Below, one piece after another: positions 50,504 through 60,676 of a stretch of 64,000 bases of DNA. The position numbers and the translations under genes are program-made. A model generated the notes under the pieces. That model was not told the origin of the DNA, did not search any database, and saw only the letters and a program-made list of their open reading frames with translations. Source of the stretch: an uncultured Spirochaetota bacterium (GTDB lineage Bacteria; Spirochaetota; Spirochaetia; SZUA-6; Fen-1364); the NCBI GenBank assembly GCA_963745235.1, contig CAVUXE010000033.1, positions 64,536-128,535 on the forward strand. Reading direction: 5' to 3'. Each line of letters starts with the position of its first letter. Position 1 is the first letter of the stretch.

Positions 50504-51173
50504 GGATGAAAAGGCGCTTTCGGCGCTGCTCTCCGACTACCTGTCGGCGGACGGGTTCGCCGTGGAGGCGCGCGCGGACGGGCCGTCCGGCCTCCAGGCC
50601 GCCCTCTCAGGCGGATTCGACCTGGTCCTGCTGGACATCATGCTGCCCGGCATGGACGGGTTCGAAATCTGCCGCGCCTTGCGGGCGCAAAGCAATGTTC
50701 CCGTTCTGATCCTTTCGGCCCGCCGGGAGGACGGGGACAAGATCCGCGGGCTCGGGCTGGGCGCCGACGACTACATCGTCAAACCGTTCAGCCCCGCAGA
50801 GCTGGTTGCGCGGGTGAAGAGCCATCTCGCGCGCTACGAGAGGCTTACGGGGCGCGCCACGGCAGACCGCTGGATCGTGGACGGCGGCCTCGAGGTCAAC
50901 GTCGAAGCGCGCCGGGTCCGAACGAACGGAGCCGAGGTGACGCTGACGGCGAAGGAGTTCGACCTGCTGCTCCTTTTCATCCGCAATCCAGACCGCGCGT
51001 TCACCCGTGACGAGATTTACTCCCGCATCTGGGGGGATGACCTGTACGTCGATTCTTCGAACATCGCGGTCCACGTGCGAAGGCTCAGGGAGAAGATAGA
51101 GGACGATCCGTCCCAGCCTCAGCACATCGAGACCGTATGGGGGGTGGGCTACCGCTGGAAGCCCCGCGCGTGA
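50478..51173 (+). CDS. OmpR-family response regulator
   Basis: LLDIMLP, GADDYIVKPF, TVWGVGY. Confidence 0.94.
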   Translation: MSKRILIIEDEKALSALLSDYLSADGFAVEARADGPSGLQAALSGGFDLVLLDIMLPGMDGFEICRALRAQSNVPVLILSARREDGDKIRGLGLGADDYIVKPFSPAELVARVKSHLARYERLTGRATADRWIVDGGLEVNVEARRVRTNGAEVTLTAKEFDLLLLFIRNPDRAFTRDEIYSRIWGDDLYVDSSNIAVHVRRLREKIEDDPSQPQHIETVWGVGYRWKPRA

Positions 51174-51266
51174 TCGCCTCCGCGGCGCAGCGCTTGCCGG
51201 GCCGTGGGGGGGCGACGCATTTGCCCCCGGACAGATCAGGGTCGTATCTTCCCTGCGGAGGAAGCC

Positions 51267-51569
51267 ATGATACTTGTCAGGGACATCTTTCAGGTTAAGT
51301 TCGGACGGATGAAGGAGGCGAAGGACGTCTGGAAGGAGATGTTGAAGCTCATGACGGCTCAGGGGCAGAGCCGGCCGCGTCTGCTCACCGACCTTGTGGG
51401 CCCGTACTACACTCTTGTCCTCGAGAGCACGTACAAGGATCTGGCCGACTATGAGGCCTTCTCGCGGCAGGGTATGTCTGCGCCGGAGCTCGGAGCACTC
51501 TACGGAAAGTTTGTGCCGCTTGTGGATTCCGGCCGGCGGGAGATCTTTACGATCCTGGATCAGGCCTGA
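51267..51569 (+). CDS. NIPSNAP-like small alpha/beta barrel protein
   Basis: RLLTDLVG, SGRREIF; SD ggagg. Confidence 0.7.
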   Translation: MILVRDIFQVKFGRMKEAKDVWKEMLKLMTAQGQSRPRLLTDLVGPYYTLVLESTYKDLADYEAFSRQGMSAPELGALYGKFVPLVDSGRREIFTILDQA

Positions 51570-51581
51570 CCGAAGCAGACT

Positions 51582-54060
51582 TCACGCAGGGCTTGCCGCG
51601 CCCAGGGAATGAGCGAGTGCCTCTTTGTCCATGGGTCTGGCGAAATAGTACCCCTGGGCGAAATCGCACCCGTATTCGCTGAGCCGGCGAACCTGCGCTT
51701 CCGTCTCGACCCCCTCGGCGACAACCGTTTTTCGCAGCTCGTGCGAGAGTGAGATCATACCACGGACGATCCTCGCCGAGTCCTGGTCACTCTCTTCCTG
51801 CTCCAGTCTCGAGATGAACCCGCGGTCTATCTTCACGCAGCTGATGGGAATCCTGTGCAGGGAGCCTAGCGACGAGTACCCCGTGCCAAAATCGTCCAGC
51901 TTGAAGCTGATCCCCTCGGCGGACAGCCGTTCGATGACCTGGATGGCCGTGTCGCGGTTCTCCATGATGGCGCTCTCTGTCAGCTCCAGATGAAGCATGG
52001 CGCGCGGGAGCTCCATGCGATCCACCGACGAAAGGACAAGCTCCGCAAAATCCGCCTGCCCGAGCTGGATGGCCGAAACGTTGACCGCGAAAAACTTCGC
52101 CTCCTGTTCTCCCTTGTCCAGCAGGCCCTCCGCGCGAAGAGACGCGGCCATCTTCAAGGTCTCCAGGAAAACGTAGGCGCCCAGCGGCACGATCAAGCCG
52201 GATTCCTCAGCAAGCGGGATGAACCGATCCGGACCGATGGGACCCAGGCGCTCATGGCGCCACCGAGACAGGACCTCCCAGCCGACCAGGGAGCCGTTCA
52301 TGCGGACAATCGGCTGAAAAGCCAGCGAAATCTCCCCTCGTGAGACGGCGGTCCGCAGCGCCGCGGACAGGAGATTGCGCTCGTCCACCTGGAGGCGCAT
52401 CTCTTCGGAGAACACCATTCTCTGGCCTCTGCCCATGGATTTGGCCTTGTGAACGGCAATCTCCGCGTCGTGCAGAATCGACTCGGGGTTCCTGTAGTCG
52501 GGCGTGCCAACGACGATGCCGATGCCGGCGGACGGTATCAATGGCGTGGACCTGAAATCGATGGGGACGCACACGTTGTCAACCAGGCGATCCACGATTT
52601 CTTCAAGTTTCGAAGGCGTGCCATATCCTTCCAGGAGAACGACGAACTCGTCGGCTCCGAGCCTGGCCGCCAGGTCGGTCTCCCGTACGCTGCGCTTCAG
52701 CCGAAGGGCCACGGCGCTGAGGAACATGTCTCCCGCGCCGCGACCGAACCTGTCGTTTATCGTTTTGAACCCGTCGAAGTTTACGTGCAGAACCGCGTAG
52801 GACAACGAGGGATCGCGGCGACTGCGCAGAAGCGCCTGCTCGATACGGTTGAGCGCGAGGCTGCGATTGGCCAGGCCCGTCAGGGGATCATGAAGAACGT
52901 CATGGGCAAGCTGTCGCTCGGCGCGCTTCCTCTGCTCCAGCTCCGCGGTCAGCTTGAGATTGCTTTCCTCCAGCGCCCGCGTTCTTTCCGCAACCCTTTC
53001 CTCCAGGAGGAGGTTTGATTTCCGCAGCTCCTCCCCTGCCGCTGCGCGGCGCGTCACATCGAAGAACGTCACCACGGATCCGATCCGTCTCCCGCGCCGG
53101 ATAATGGGGCCGCTTCGTACGTCGTACTGGCGATCACCGTGGGATCAGGACTGACTCTTCCGAGTGTGCGTCCCCGCCGGCGTGACGGGCCAGCGGCAGA
53201 TCCGCAAGAGGCGGTCCCATGTCCATCAGTCTTTTGCCGACGTCCCGTTCGCTGGCAGAAAAAGAGATGCGGGCGGCGTGGTTTACGTACGCCAGGTGCC
53301 CGTCCCGATCCAGGATGAGGACCGCATCCCTGAGCTGCTGAATGGCGGTGGCCTGGGCGGTGGTCACGAGGGCCAGGAAGCGGAACCGAGTGAGATTGAG
53401 CACGGTCAGGAGCCCCGTGATGGAGAACGCCAGGGGAGTTGGATCGACGAAGCCGAATGGGAAAATGCCGGAGAGATAGACCAGGTTGGCCGCAACCGGG
53501 AGCAGCGTACCCGCCACCAGAGTGACCCGCTGGGCTCTGCGGGTGCCTGGGCTCAGGTGCAGCGCTCGAAGGAGGAGCACGGTGCCGGCAATGATCAAAA
53601 CGTAGGAGTACGCGGAATGCACCCAGAACCACGGCCCGAACTGCTTGGCGATCACGGAGAAACCCGACTGGACCTCAAGGTGAATCCCGCGGCGGACCAG
53701 TCCGAGATAGGGGTCGGTCCAGACCAGGATGGCAGTGACCGCGGGGAGGATCCACACGAACCAGGGAAGCCGCCGGGCCGTGCCGCCGCGCTGCTCCTGT
53801 CCAAGCAGGGATCCAAGCGCGAACCACAACACGGGGATGGCGGCGATGGCCAGGTATTCAAGGTTTGCGAAGATGAGCTTCGCGCGAAGATCGGGCGCCA
53901 GGTATTCGGCGGCATTCCACGCGGCCCACCAGGCGGTTGCCCCCATCAGCACGGCCATGAGCGCGGCGCTCCGGGAGCCTCGGGCGCGGACAGCCATGTA
54001 TGCGCTCAATTGACCAGACAGCAGTGCGGTGACGGCAAGGATGCCAACGAAGAGGACCAT
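51582..54060 (-). CDS. 7TM sensor + PAS + GGDEF + EAL c-di-GMP enzyme (frameshift near 53141)
   Basis: HisKA_7TM-like N-terminus; HDPLTGLANR, GADEF, EVL, DDFGTGYSS, VVAEGVE; extra C splits the ORF. Confidence 0.88.
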
Positions 54061-54423
54061 GATCTCCTTTCCTTCGAGCGGTGCCTCAGTCTTCGGCATT
54101 CCTCAGGCGGTGTCAAGACAGCTTGTTTCGCGTGCCTCCAGCGGGTCGTGTTGGATCCGGAGCATAGACGGCGGGACCGTGAAAGGGCTGACTCGTGGCG
54201 CTCGAGTTTCCAGGAGGGTAGGCTTCTGGCGATATGGCTCAACCTCCGCGATAGGGGTGTCGCGGTCGCTTATGAGAAGTCTATGCGCTGGTCAAGCGTT
54301 GGCGCCGCTGCCGCCCCGGACCTGTTCATACTTATTGATTACGCCCGGTTCGTTCTGGGCTTCCAGGCTTTCGCGGTGACCGTTTGCGTTGTCTTGCGGG
54401 ATCGGTCGGACAGGACTACAACT

Positions 54424-55344
54424 ATGGCAGGAGGACGCTCCGTGCCGGAGTTCGACGTTCGCATCGCCGCGTTTGCCTGGCTCAAAGAGCATGGAGCTGC
54501 CAACGGAGACGTCTTTCCGGGCACGTTGCTGAACCAGGGGTTCACGTACCAGGGCCGACGCGTCACTTTGAAGGGCGCAGCCGGCATCTGGTTCCCGCAT
54601 GGCTTCTCCGTCCCGATCTCAATCACGACTGCTCTCAACGGTCCCTACCGCCTGGACGACATAGCCGATGACGGCCTCCTCACCTACGCGTATCGCGGGA
54701 TGGACCCTCACCACCGCGACAACCAAGGGCTTCGCGAAGCCTGTCGAACGCGAGCTCCTCTCATCTACTTCAGGGAGGTCCACGACAGCCACTACCAGGC
54801 CATCTGGCCCGTCATAATTCTCGAAGACCACCCCGAAAGCCTTTTCGTCAGAGCTGCGAAGGAGCCCGCCTACGCGGACCTTCGGCCAGAGGTGGATCCT
54901 GCCTCAATTGCCCTTTCGCCGCTGGACTTGCGCCGATACGTCTGGGCGGAGACCCGCCAGCGCCTCCATCAAGGTGCTTTTCGGGATCTTGTCATCTCCG
55001 CCTATGGCAACCGATGCACCATCTGCCGCCTGGCGCACACGGAGCTTCTCGATGCGGCCCACATCATTCCAGATTCGGATGATCGTGGGACTCCGGTCAT
55101 CCAGAACGGACTGTCGCTCTGCAAGATCCATCATGCGGCCTACGACGCTGATATTCTGGGCATCAGCCCCGACTTCCACGTGCATGTGAGCGAGCGAGTC
55201 CTGGAAGAGCACGACGGTCCAATGCTCAAGCATGGCCTGCAAGAGCTCGACGGAACAGGTATCACTCTGCCGGCACGATCCATCGATCACCCTGACCGTG
55301 ATCGCCTGGCCCGCCGGTTTGAGAAATGGCGCACTGCAAGTTGA
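54424..55344 (+). CDS. HNH endonuclease with SRA-like N-terminal region, putative modification-dependent restriction enzyme
   Basis: CTIC, LDAAHI, NGLSLCKIHH; YAYRG...DN.GL...LIYF. Confidence 0.8.
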   Translation: MAGGRSVPEFDVRIAAFAWLKEHGAANGDVFPGTLLNQGFTYQGRRVTLKGAAGIWFPHGFSVPISITTALNGPYRLDDIADDGLLTYAYRGMDPHHRDNQGLREACRTRAPLIYFREVHDSHYQAIWPVIILEDHPESLFVRAAKEPAYADLRPEVDPASIALSPLDLRRYVWAETRQRLHQGAFRDLVISAYGNRCTICRLAHTELLDAAHIIPDSDDRGTPVIQNGLSLCKIHHAAYDADILGISPDFHVHVSERVLEEHDGPMLKHGLQELDGTGITLPARSIDHPDRDRLARRFEKWRTAS

Positions 55345-55425
55345 TTGTGAGGTCGCATTACCACTTCCTTCGCGAAAGACCGCGCACGGCGTACTGCTCA
55401 GTCTTGCCGGGACGCCCTTCGTAGT

Positions 55426-55447
55426 ATAGATTATGATTGTAATCTAT
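55426..55447. promoter_or_regulatory. Putative TetR operator
   Basis: ATAGATTA-N6-TAATCTAT upstream of the SDR-TetR operon. Confidence 0.7.
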
Positions 55448-55460
55448 GCTGGAGGTGGTC

Positions 55461-56273
55461 ATGTCGGAACAGAGAGTCGCTGTTGTCACCGGGATTTCAT
55501 CAGGCATCGGCAAGGCAACTGCCCAGGGGCTTGCGGAATCCGGGTTCATCGTTTTCGGAACGGTTCGATCAGCCCAGGCTGGCGTCCCGAATGGAGTTGA
55601 GCAGGTGGTGCTCGACGTGCGAGACCAGGCATCGATCGATGCCGCGGTCACCTCGGTTCTCTCCCGGGCAAAACGCATAGACGTGCTGGTGAACAACGCG
55701 GGCAGCAGCATCCTTGGCGCGATTGAGGAGACAGAAACTCAGGAGGCGCAGGCGCTCTTCGATGTCAATTTCTTCGGCGCGGTCAGGGTCACCAAGGCGG
55801 TGCTGCCCGCCATGAGAGCCCAACGGGGCGGCAGAATCCTTTTCATCAGCAGCATTCTGGGGTTTCTGCCCGCCCCTTTCATGGCTTTCTACTCCGCTTC
55901 GAAGCATGCGCTGGAGGGGTACGCCGAATCCCTTGATCACGAGGTTCGTACGCTGGGCATCCGGGCGATCCTCATAGAGCCGGGGTTCATGCGGTCCCGG
56001 CTCGGCCAGAACTCCGCGAGGGTTGCGCGTCACATCCCGGACTACGCGGGTGCAGGCCAGCGTGCCGCGGACTATGTCCGTACGAGCCTGGCGAAAGCGG
56101 AAGATCCATCGATTGTCGCGAAGGCCGTCCTGGAAGCGGTGGCCGCGGCGCGCCCCCGCCTGCGCTACCCAGTTGGCAAGAACGCGCGCCTGTTGGCGCG
56201 GCTGCGGAGCCTCATGCCGGCACCGATGTTCGATAGATCCCTGCGCGCGACATTTGGCATGGGCGCCTCGTGA
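55461..56273 (+). CDS. Short-chain dehydrogenase/reductase
   Basis: TGISSGIG, NNAG, YSASK. Confidence 0.93.
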   Translation: MSEQRVAVVTGISSGIGKATAQGLAESGFIVFGTVRSAQAGVPNGVEQVVLDVRDQASIDAAVTSVLSRAKRIDVLVNNAGSSILGAIEETETQEAQALFDVNFFGAVRVTKAVLPAMRAQRGGRILFISSILGFLPAPFMAFYSASKHALEGYAESLDHEVRTLGIRAILIEPGFMRSRLGQNSARVARHIPDYAGAGQRAADYVRTSLAKAEDPSIVAKAVLEAVAAARPRLRYPVGKNARLLARLRSLMPAPMFDRSLRATFGMGAS

Positions 56274-56283
56274 AGGGGACGAC

Positions 56284-56844
56284 GTGAGACGATCACAGGC
56301 GGATGCAATCCAGACGAGGCGCCGGATCGTCGAATCAGCATCCCGCCTGTTTCGGATGCATGGCATAGCGGAGGTCAGCGTCGCAGACATCATGAGCTCG
56401 CTGGGGCTGACGGTGGGAGGGTTTTACAAGCACTTTGCGAGCAAAGAGGCCCTGGTGGCCGAGGCAATAGACGCCGCTTCCATTCAAACAACAGAAGGGC
56501 ATGAAAAGGCCGTGGGGCGGGATGAGCGTGCTTCGGCCCTGCTTGCCTCGTACCTGTCCGACTTTCACCGAACACATGCCGGCGACGGTTGCCCCGTTGC
56601 GGCTCTGTGCTCGGAAGTCGGGCATGAAAGCAAGCCGACGAAGGCGGCGTTCACGACCGCGCTGCGGCGCCTGATCGGCGTTGTGGATGACGTCATGCCG
56701 AAGAAGGTGCCGAGCCGGCGCGCCGCTGTGCTCGCGGCGTCGGCTGAGATAGTTGGCGCCCTGGTGCTCGCGCGGTCTACAGACGATGCCAGGCTCGCTC
56801 GCGAGCTCCTGAAGGCCGTTCGCAACCACCTGGATGCCCGTTGA
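56284..56844 (+). CDS. TetR/AcrR regulator
   Basis: VADIM...LTVGGFYKHFASK; GCP. Confidence 0.9.
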   Translation: MRRSQADAIQTRRRIVESASRLFRMHGIAEVSVADIMSSLGLTVGGFYKHFASKEALVAEAIDAASIQTTEGHEKAVGRDERASALLASYLSDFHRTHAGDGCPVAALCSEVGHESKPTKAAFTTALRRLIGVVDDVMPKKVPSRRAAVLAASAEIVGALVLARSTDDARLARELLKAVRNHLDAR

Positions 56845-56890
56845 AACCGACGATCAGAGACAATGCCGCGAAGCTGTCTCGCCTTGGGCT

Positions 56891-57316
56891 TCAATCCGGA
56901 ACTACGGAGAATCCCAGCGCCTTCGCGTTGTCACGCACGCGGCTGTCCGTTGAGAGAACCGCCAGAGGTTCTATGACGCCGCTCAGCTTCTCCAGCGTGG
57001 CCAGGTGAACGGCATCCAGCGTTCGCAGGGGTTCCCGGGGGAACGGGCGCGAGCACCGGCTCCAGATCCCCTCGTCTACGGGCTGGATAACCCAGAGATC
57101 GCTGTCCATCTGGAACTGTGATTCGCGGGCGGCGGCGGCCGCGGCGGCTGTGGGCTCCAGGACTCTCAATCTGGCCAGGACCCGGCCCACTTCAGCGAGC
57201 GTGCACCGCGAGGTTGCAACCACATCGGCAGCGCTCAGCAGACGGCGGATCTCTTCGCATCCGTCTCCGCCAAGAAGATCCCGTAGCGCGGCGCTCGACT
57301 CGAGGTAGAGATTCAC
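56891..57316 (-). CDS. vapC: VapC-family PIN toxin
   Basis: YLESSA, LAEV, LRTLDAVHLAT, DSR; overlaps antitoxin stop. Confidence 0.85.
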   Translation of the reverse strand: MNLYLESSAALRDLLGGDGCEEIRRLLSAADVVATSRCTLAEVGRVLARLRVLEPTAAAAAAARESQFQMDSDLWVIQPVDEGIWSRCSRPFPREPLRTLDAVHLATLEKLSGVIEPLAVLSTDSRVRDNAKALGFSVVPD

Positions 57317-57612
57317 GGCTCCCCCCGCGACCAACTCAGGAGCGAGTTGATCTGCGCGGCGCTGAGGCCGGAGGAGCTGCCCGGCCGGGCGTAGTCCGTG
57401 GGCCGCCTTTCCCGCAGCGGGGGACGTGCGCCGATGGTGGTGAGCCTCATGGCAAGCTCAGTCTCCGCCTTCGCGCCGGGTGCCTGTTCCACGGGGCCCA
57501 GGCGCGCGACCACCTGGTTTCTGTCTGTCACCAGGAACGTCTCCCCTGCGCGAACCTGCCGAATGTAGGCGCTCAGTCGCGCCTTGAGCTCCTTGATGTT
57601 GACGACATGCAT
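57313..57612 (-). CDS. Phd/YefM-family antitoxin
   Basis: VNIKELKARLSAYIRQVRAGE...VTDR..VVARL. Confidence 0.87.
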   Translation of the reverse strand: MHVVNIKELKARLSAYIRQVRAGETFLVTDRNQVVARLGPVEQAPGAKAETELAMRLTTIGARPPLRERRPTDYARPGSSSGLSAAQINSLLSWSRGEP

Positions 57613-57618
57613 GTCCTG

Positions 57619-57647
57619 AAAGTAGTTACTGGTGACTACTTTGTCAA
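57619..57647 (-). promoter_or_regulatory. TA promoter with palindromic operator
   Basis: TTGACA-N17-TACTTT; AAAGTAGTTAC-TG-GTGACTACTTT near-palindrome. Confidence 0.75.
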
Positions 57648-57726
57648 GCAACAGGGGTCATCGCCGGAATCGAGCGGCCAGCGGCATGGTTTGACATATT
57701 CCCATATCGGTATGCATCTTTAGCGC

Positions 57727-58071
57727 ATGCCGAGGGCCGCCACCACGTCGGACATCTTCAACGCCGTTGCCGAGCCGCGACGCCGGGAGATCCTCACTTT
57801 CCTGGCCGTGCATGAGCAGTCCGTGGGGGCGATCTCCGACGCGCTGGGGCTTGAGCAGCCCTCGGTGTCCAAGCACTTGCGCGTCCTGCGAGACGTAGAC
57901 CTGGTCAGCTCGCGCCGCTCGGGCAGGACCCGCCTGTACCAGACGAAAGCCAATTCCATCCGGCCCCTGCATGACTGGGCCGCTACCTTCGAACGCTACT
58001 GGAAACACCAGCTTCACAGAATCAAGGAGATCGCTGAGGACAAGGACCGGCATGAGCCGTCATCGCCATAA
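57727..58071 (+). CDS. ArsR/SmtB regulator
   Basis: FNAVAEPRRREIL, QPSVSKHLRVL. Confidence 0.92.
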   Translation: MPRAATTSDIFNAVAEPRRREILTFLAVHEQSVGAISDALGLEQPSVSKHLRVLRDVDLVSSRRSGRTRLYQTKANSIRPLHDWAATFERYWKHQLHRIKEIAEDKDRHEPSSP

Positions 58072-58095
58072 CCATCAAACCAAGGAGGTTGCCGC

Positions 58096-58572
58096 ATGTC
58101 GCTGCAGTCCATAGAGGACCTTATTTTCGACATAACACTCGAGATGCGCGTCCGCGCGCCGCTTGATGCCACCTTTGCCGCGCTCCTGGAGCAGGTCGGA
58201 CCCGGGAACGAAACTCCCGAGGGAAAGCTTCTGCCCATGACGCTGGAGCCGTGGCCCGGCGGCAGGTGGTTCCGCGATCTGGGAGACCGGGACGGTCATT
58301 TCTGGGGAAACGTGCAGGCCATCAAGCGGCCCACGCTGCTGGAGATTTCGGGGCCGCTGTTTGCCTCCTACCCCCTGGTTTCCAATCTCCAGTACCGGCT
58401 CAGCGAGACCGCTGAGGGCACGCTGATCACCTTCCGCCACACTGCGTTGGGGTTCATGCACGAGGGCCATCGGCTGCATGTGGGTGAGGGGTGGCAGCAC
58501 ACGCTGGAGCGAGTGCGGCTGCAGGCAGAGGGCAAGCTCTCAGGCGCACCGGCGGGACGCGCCGCGAGATGA
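58096..58572 (+). CDS. SRPBCC/AHSA1 domain protein
   Basis: LEPWPGGRWFR, EGW; typical ArsR partner. Confidence 0.85.
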   Translation: MSLQSIEDLIFDITLEMRVRAPLDATFAALLEQVGPGNETPEGKLLPMTLEPWPGGRWFRDLGDRDGHFWGNVQAIKRPTLLEISGPLFASYPLVSNLQYRLSETAEGTLITFRHTALGFMHEGHRLHVGEGWQHTLERVRLQAEGKLSGAPAGRAAR

Positions 58573-58582
58573 GGGCCTTCCT

Positions 58583-59466
58583 GTGATCCTGGTCACCGGC
58601 GCAACCGGGACCGTCGGCAGCGAGCTCGTCAGCCGGCTTTCCCGCAGAGGCGTGCCGGTCCGGGCGCTCCTGAGGAGCCTGCAGAATGCGGCCCGTCTCT
58701 CGTCTCTGCCGAACGTCACCCTGGCAGTCGGCGACATGGGAAAGCCATCCACTCTCGTCGAGGCGCTCCGCGGCGTGGAGCGTGCCATGCTCATCTCCTC
58801 TTCGGCGCCGGACATGGCTGACGTGCAGGCGGGCTTTGTGGAGGCGGCGCGGAATGCGGGCCTGCGGCACATCGTCAAGCTTTCCGGGATTATGCCGGAG
58901 CTCGACTCCCCGTTCCGCTTTGCCCGGATGCACGGACAGATAGAGAGGAAGATAGAAGAATCCGGGATGGCCTTCACGCACGTGCGGGCCGGCGAGTTCT
59001 TTCACGCTTACTTCAGGCAGGTCCCATCAATTGCAAACAGGGGAGTCCTGGCGCTCTCCATGGAAGACGCGAGGATCGCCAGCATCGACATCGGGGATAT
59101 CGCTGAAGTTGCCGCAGCGGTCCTGACCGCTCCGGCCGGGCATGAGGGAAAGATCTATCCGCTGACCGGGCCGGAGGCCCTCACCATGGCAGAGGTGGCG
59201 GAGCGGCTCTCAAGGGCCATGGGAAGGAAGTCCGCTACGTGAACGTCCCGTCCGAAGATGCGCACAAGGCCCGCCTGGCGGCGGGCATGACGCCTTACAT
59301 GGCAGATGCTCTCTCGGAGTTGTTCGCCGAGCGACGCGCAGGCAAGGAATCAAAGGTCTGGCCGACGATATCTGATGTGTTCGGGTGGCGCCCCACTTCG
59401 TTCGAGGAGTTTGCCAGGCGGAACGCGGCCATTTTCCGTGGGGAGCAGCCGGCGCCAAGAGTCTGA
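58583..59466 (+). CDS. NmrA-family SDR (frameshift near 59230)
   Basis: VTGATGTVG, DIAEVAA, LTGPE; missing G splits the C-terminus. Confidence 0.85.
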
Positions 59467-59592
59467 GCCCGAACGGCCCCATCCAGGGGACGGGCAGATC
59501 CCGGGGCCAGTCGGGGACGGGGCCGCGGTCCCTTCCGTCCGTTCGACTCCGCGGACCGTTCTTGATACCTTGGTATGCAAAGGCGGATCCCC

Positions 59593-60627
59593 ATGAGCAC
59601 GATTCTTGTCACCGGTGGTTCCGGGTTCATCGGCAGCCACGCAATCATCCAGCTTCTGGCCGCAGGCCACACGGTGCGTACCACAGTGCGCAACCCTCAG
59701 CGCGAACCGGACGTGCGCGCCATGCTGGGGGTTGCCGGCGCGGACCCCGATGGACGCTTGTCCTTCTTTGCCGCGGACCTGGAGCGGGACGAGGGGTGGC
59801 GGAGCGCGGTGGCCGGCTGCGACTACGTGCTGCACGTTGCTTCGCCCTTTCCTCCTGCGGCGCCGAAGACCGAGGATGAGCTGATTGTGCCCGCGCGGGA
59901 TGGCGCGCTGCGCGTGCTGCGCGCCGCGCGGGACGCCGGCGTCAAACGAGTGGTGCTGACCTCATCTTTTGCGGCTATCGGCTACGGTCATGCTCCACGC
60001 GCGGTCCCGTTCACCGAAGCGGACTGGACAAACCTCGACGGCGGAGACGTGCCCGCCTACCAGAAGTCCAAGACCATCGCGGAGCGCGCGGCGTGGGACT
60101 TCATCTCCGCCGATGGAGGCGGCCTGGAGCTCGCCGTCGTCAACCCCGTGGGCGTGCTCGGCCCTGTTCTCGGGCCGGACTTCTCCACCTCCATTCTCCT
60201 GGTCCAGAGATTCATGGCCGGCACCGTGCCGGGCTGCCCGCGGCTCTCCTTTGGCCTGGTCGACGTGCGGGACGTCGTGGACCTGCACGTTCGCGCCATG
60301 ACGAATGCGGCCGCCCAAGGGGAGCGGTTCATAGCGGTGGGAAGCGATGATGTGCCAATGGTGGAAATCGCCCGCGTGCTGAAGACGCGCATGGGAGCGG
60401 CCGCGCGCCGGGTGCCGACCCGCCAGGTTCCCGACTGGCTCGTGCGCATCGCGGCGCTTCGCGACCCGACGGTGCGAGGGGTCCTGCCTGAGCTCGGCAA
60501 GAGGAAGAAGGCATCGAACGAAAAGGCGCGGCGACTCCTCGGCTGGTCGCCGAGATCATATGAAGAATCCGTTGTCGATACCGCTGAAAGCCTGCTCAGG
60601 CTGGGTCTCCTCAGGAACTGCGCCTGA
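59593..60627 (+). CDS. NAD-dependent epimerase/aldehyde reductase
   Basis: TGGSGFIG, HVASP, YQKSK, VDVRD. Confidence 0.92.
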   Translation: MSTILVTGGSGFIGSHAIIQLLAAGHTVRTTVRNPQREPDVRAMLGVAGADPDGRLSFFAADLERDEGWRSAVAGCDYVLHVASPFPPAAPKTEDELIVPARDGALRVLRAARDAGVKRVVLTSSFAAIGYGHAPRAVPFTEADWTNLDGGDVPAYQKSKTIAERAAWDFISADGGGLELAVVNPVGVLGPVLGPDFSTSILLVQRFMAGTVPGCPRLSFGLVDVRDVVDLHVRAMTNAAAQGERFIAVGSDDVPMVEIARVLKTRMGAAARRVPTRQVPDWLVRIAALRDPTVRGVLPELGKRKKASNEKARRLLGWSPRSYEESVVDTAESLLRLGLLRNCA

Positions 60628-60676
60628 TTTGACACGCGCATTGACAGCGCAGGCATGAGCGGGGCAGTGTTGCGGC

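Noticed and set aside
7240-59240. About nine single-base frameshifts (near 7246, 8281, 18627, 20314, 25050, 35892, 45835, 53141, 59230) as programmed frameshifting, phase variation or pseudogenisation
   Set aside because: They hit unrelated genes, mostly at 2-6 nt homopolymers, and both halves are intact. This is typical of long-read indel error; read-level checking would settle it
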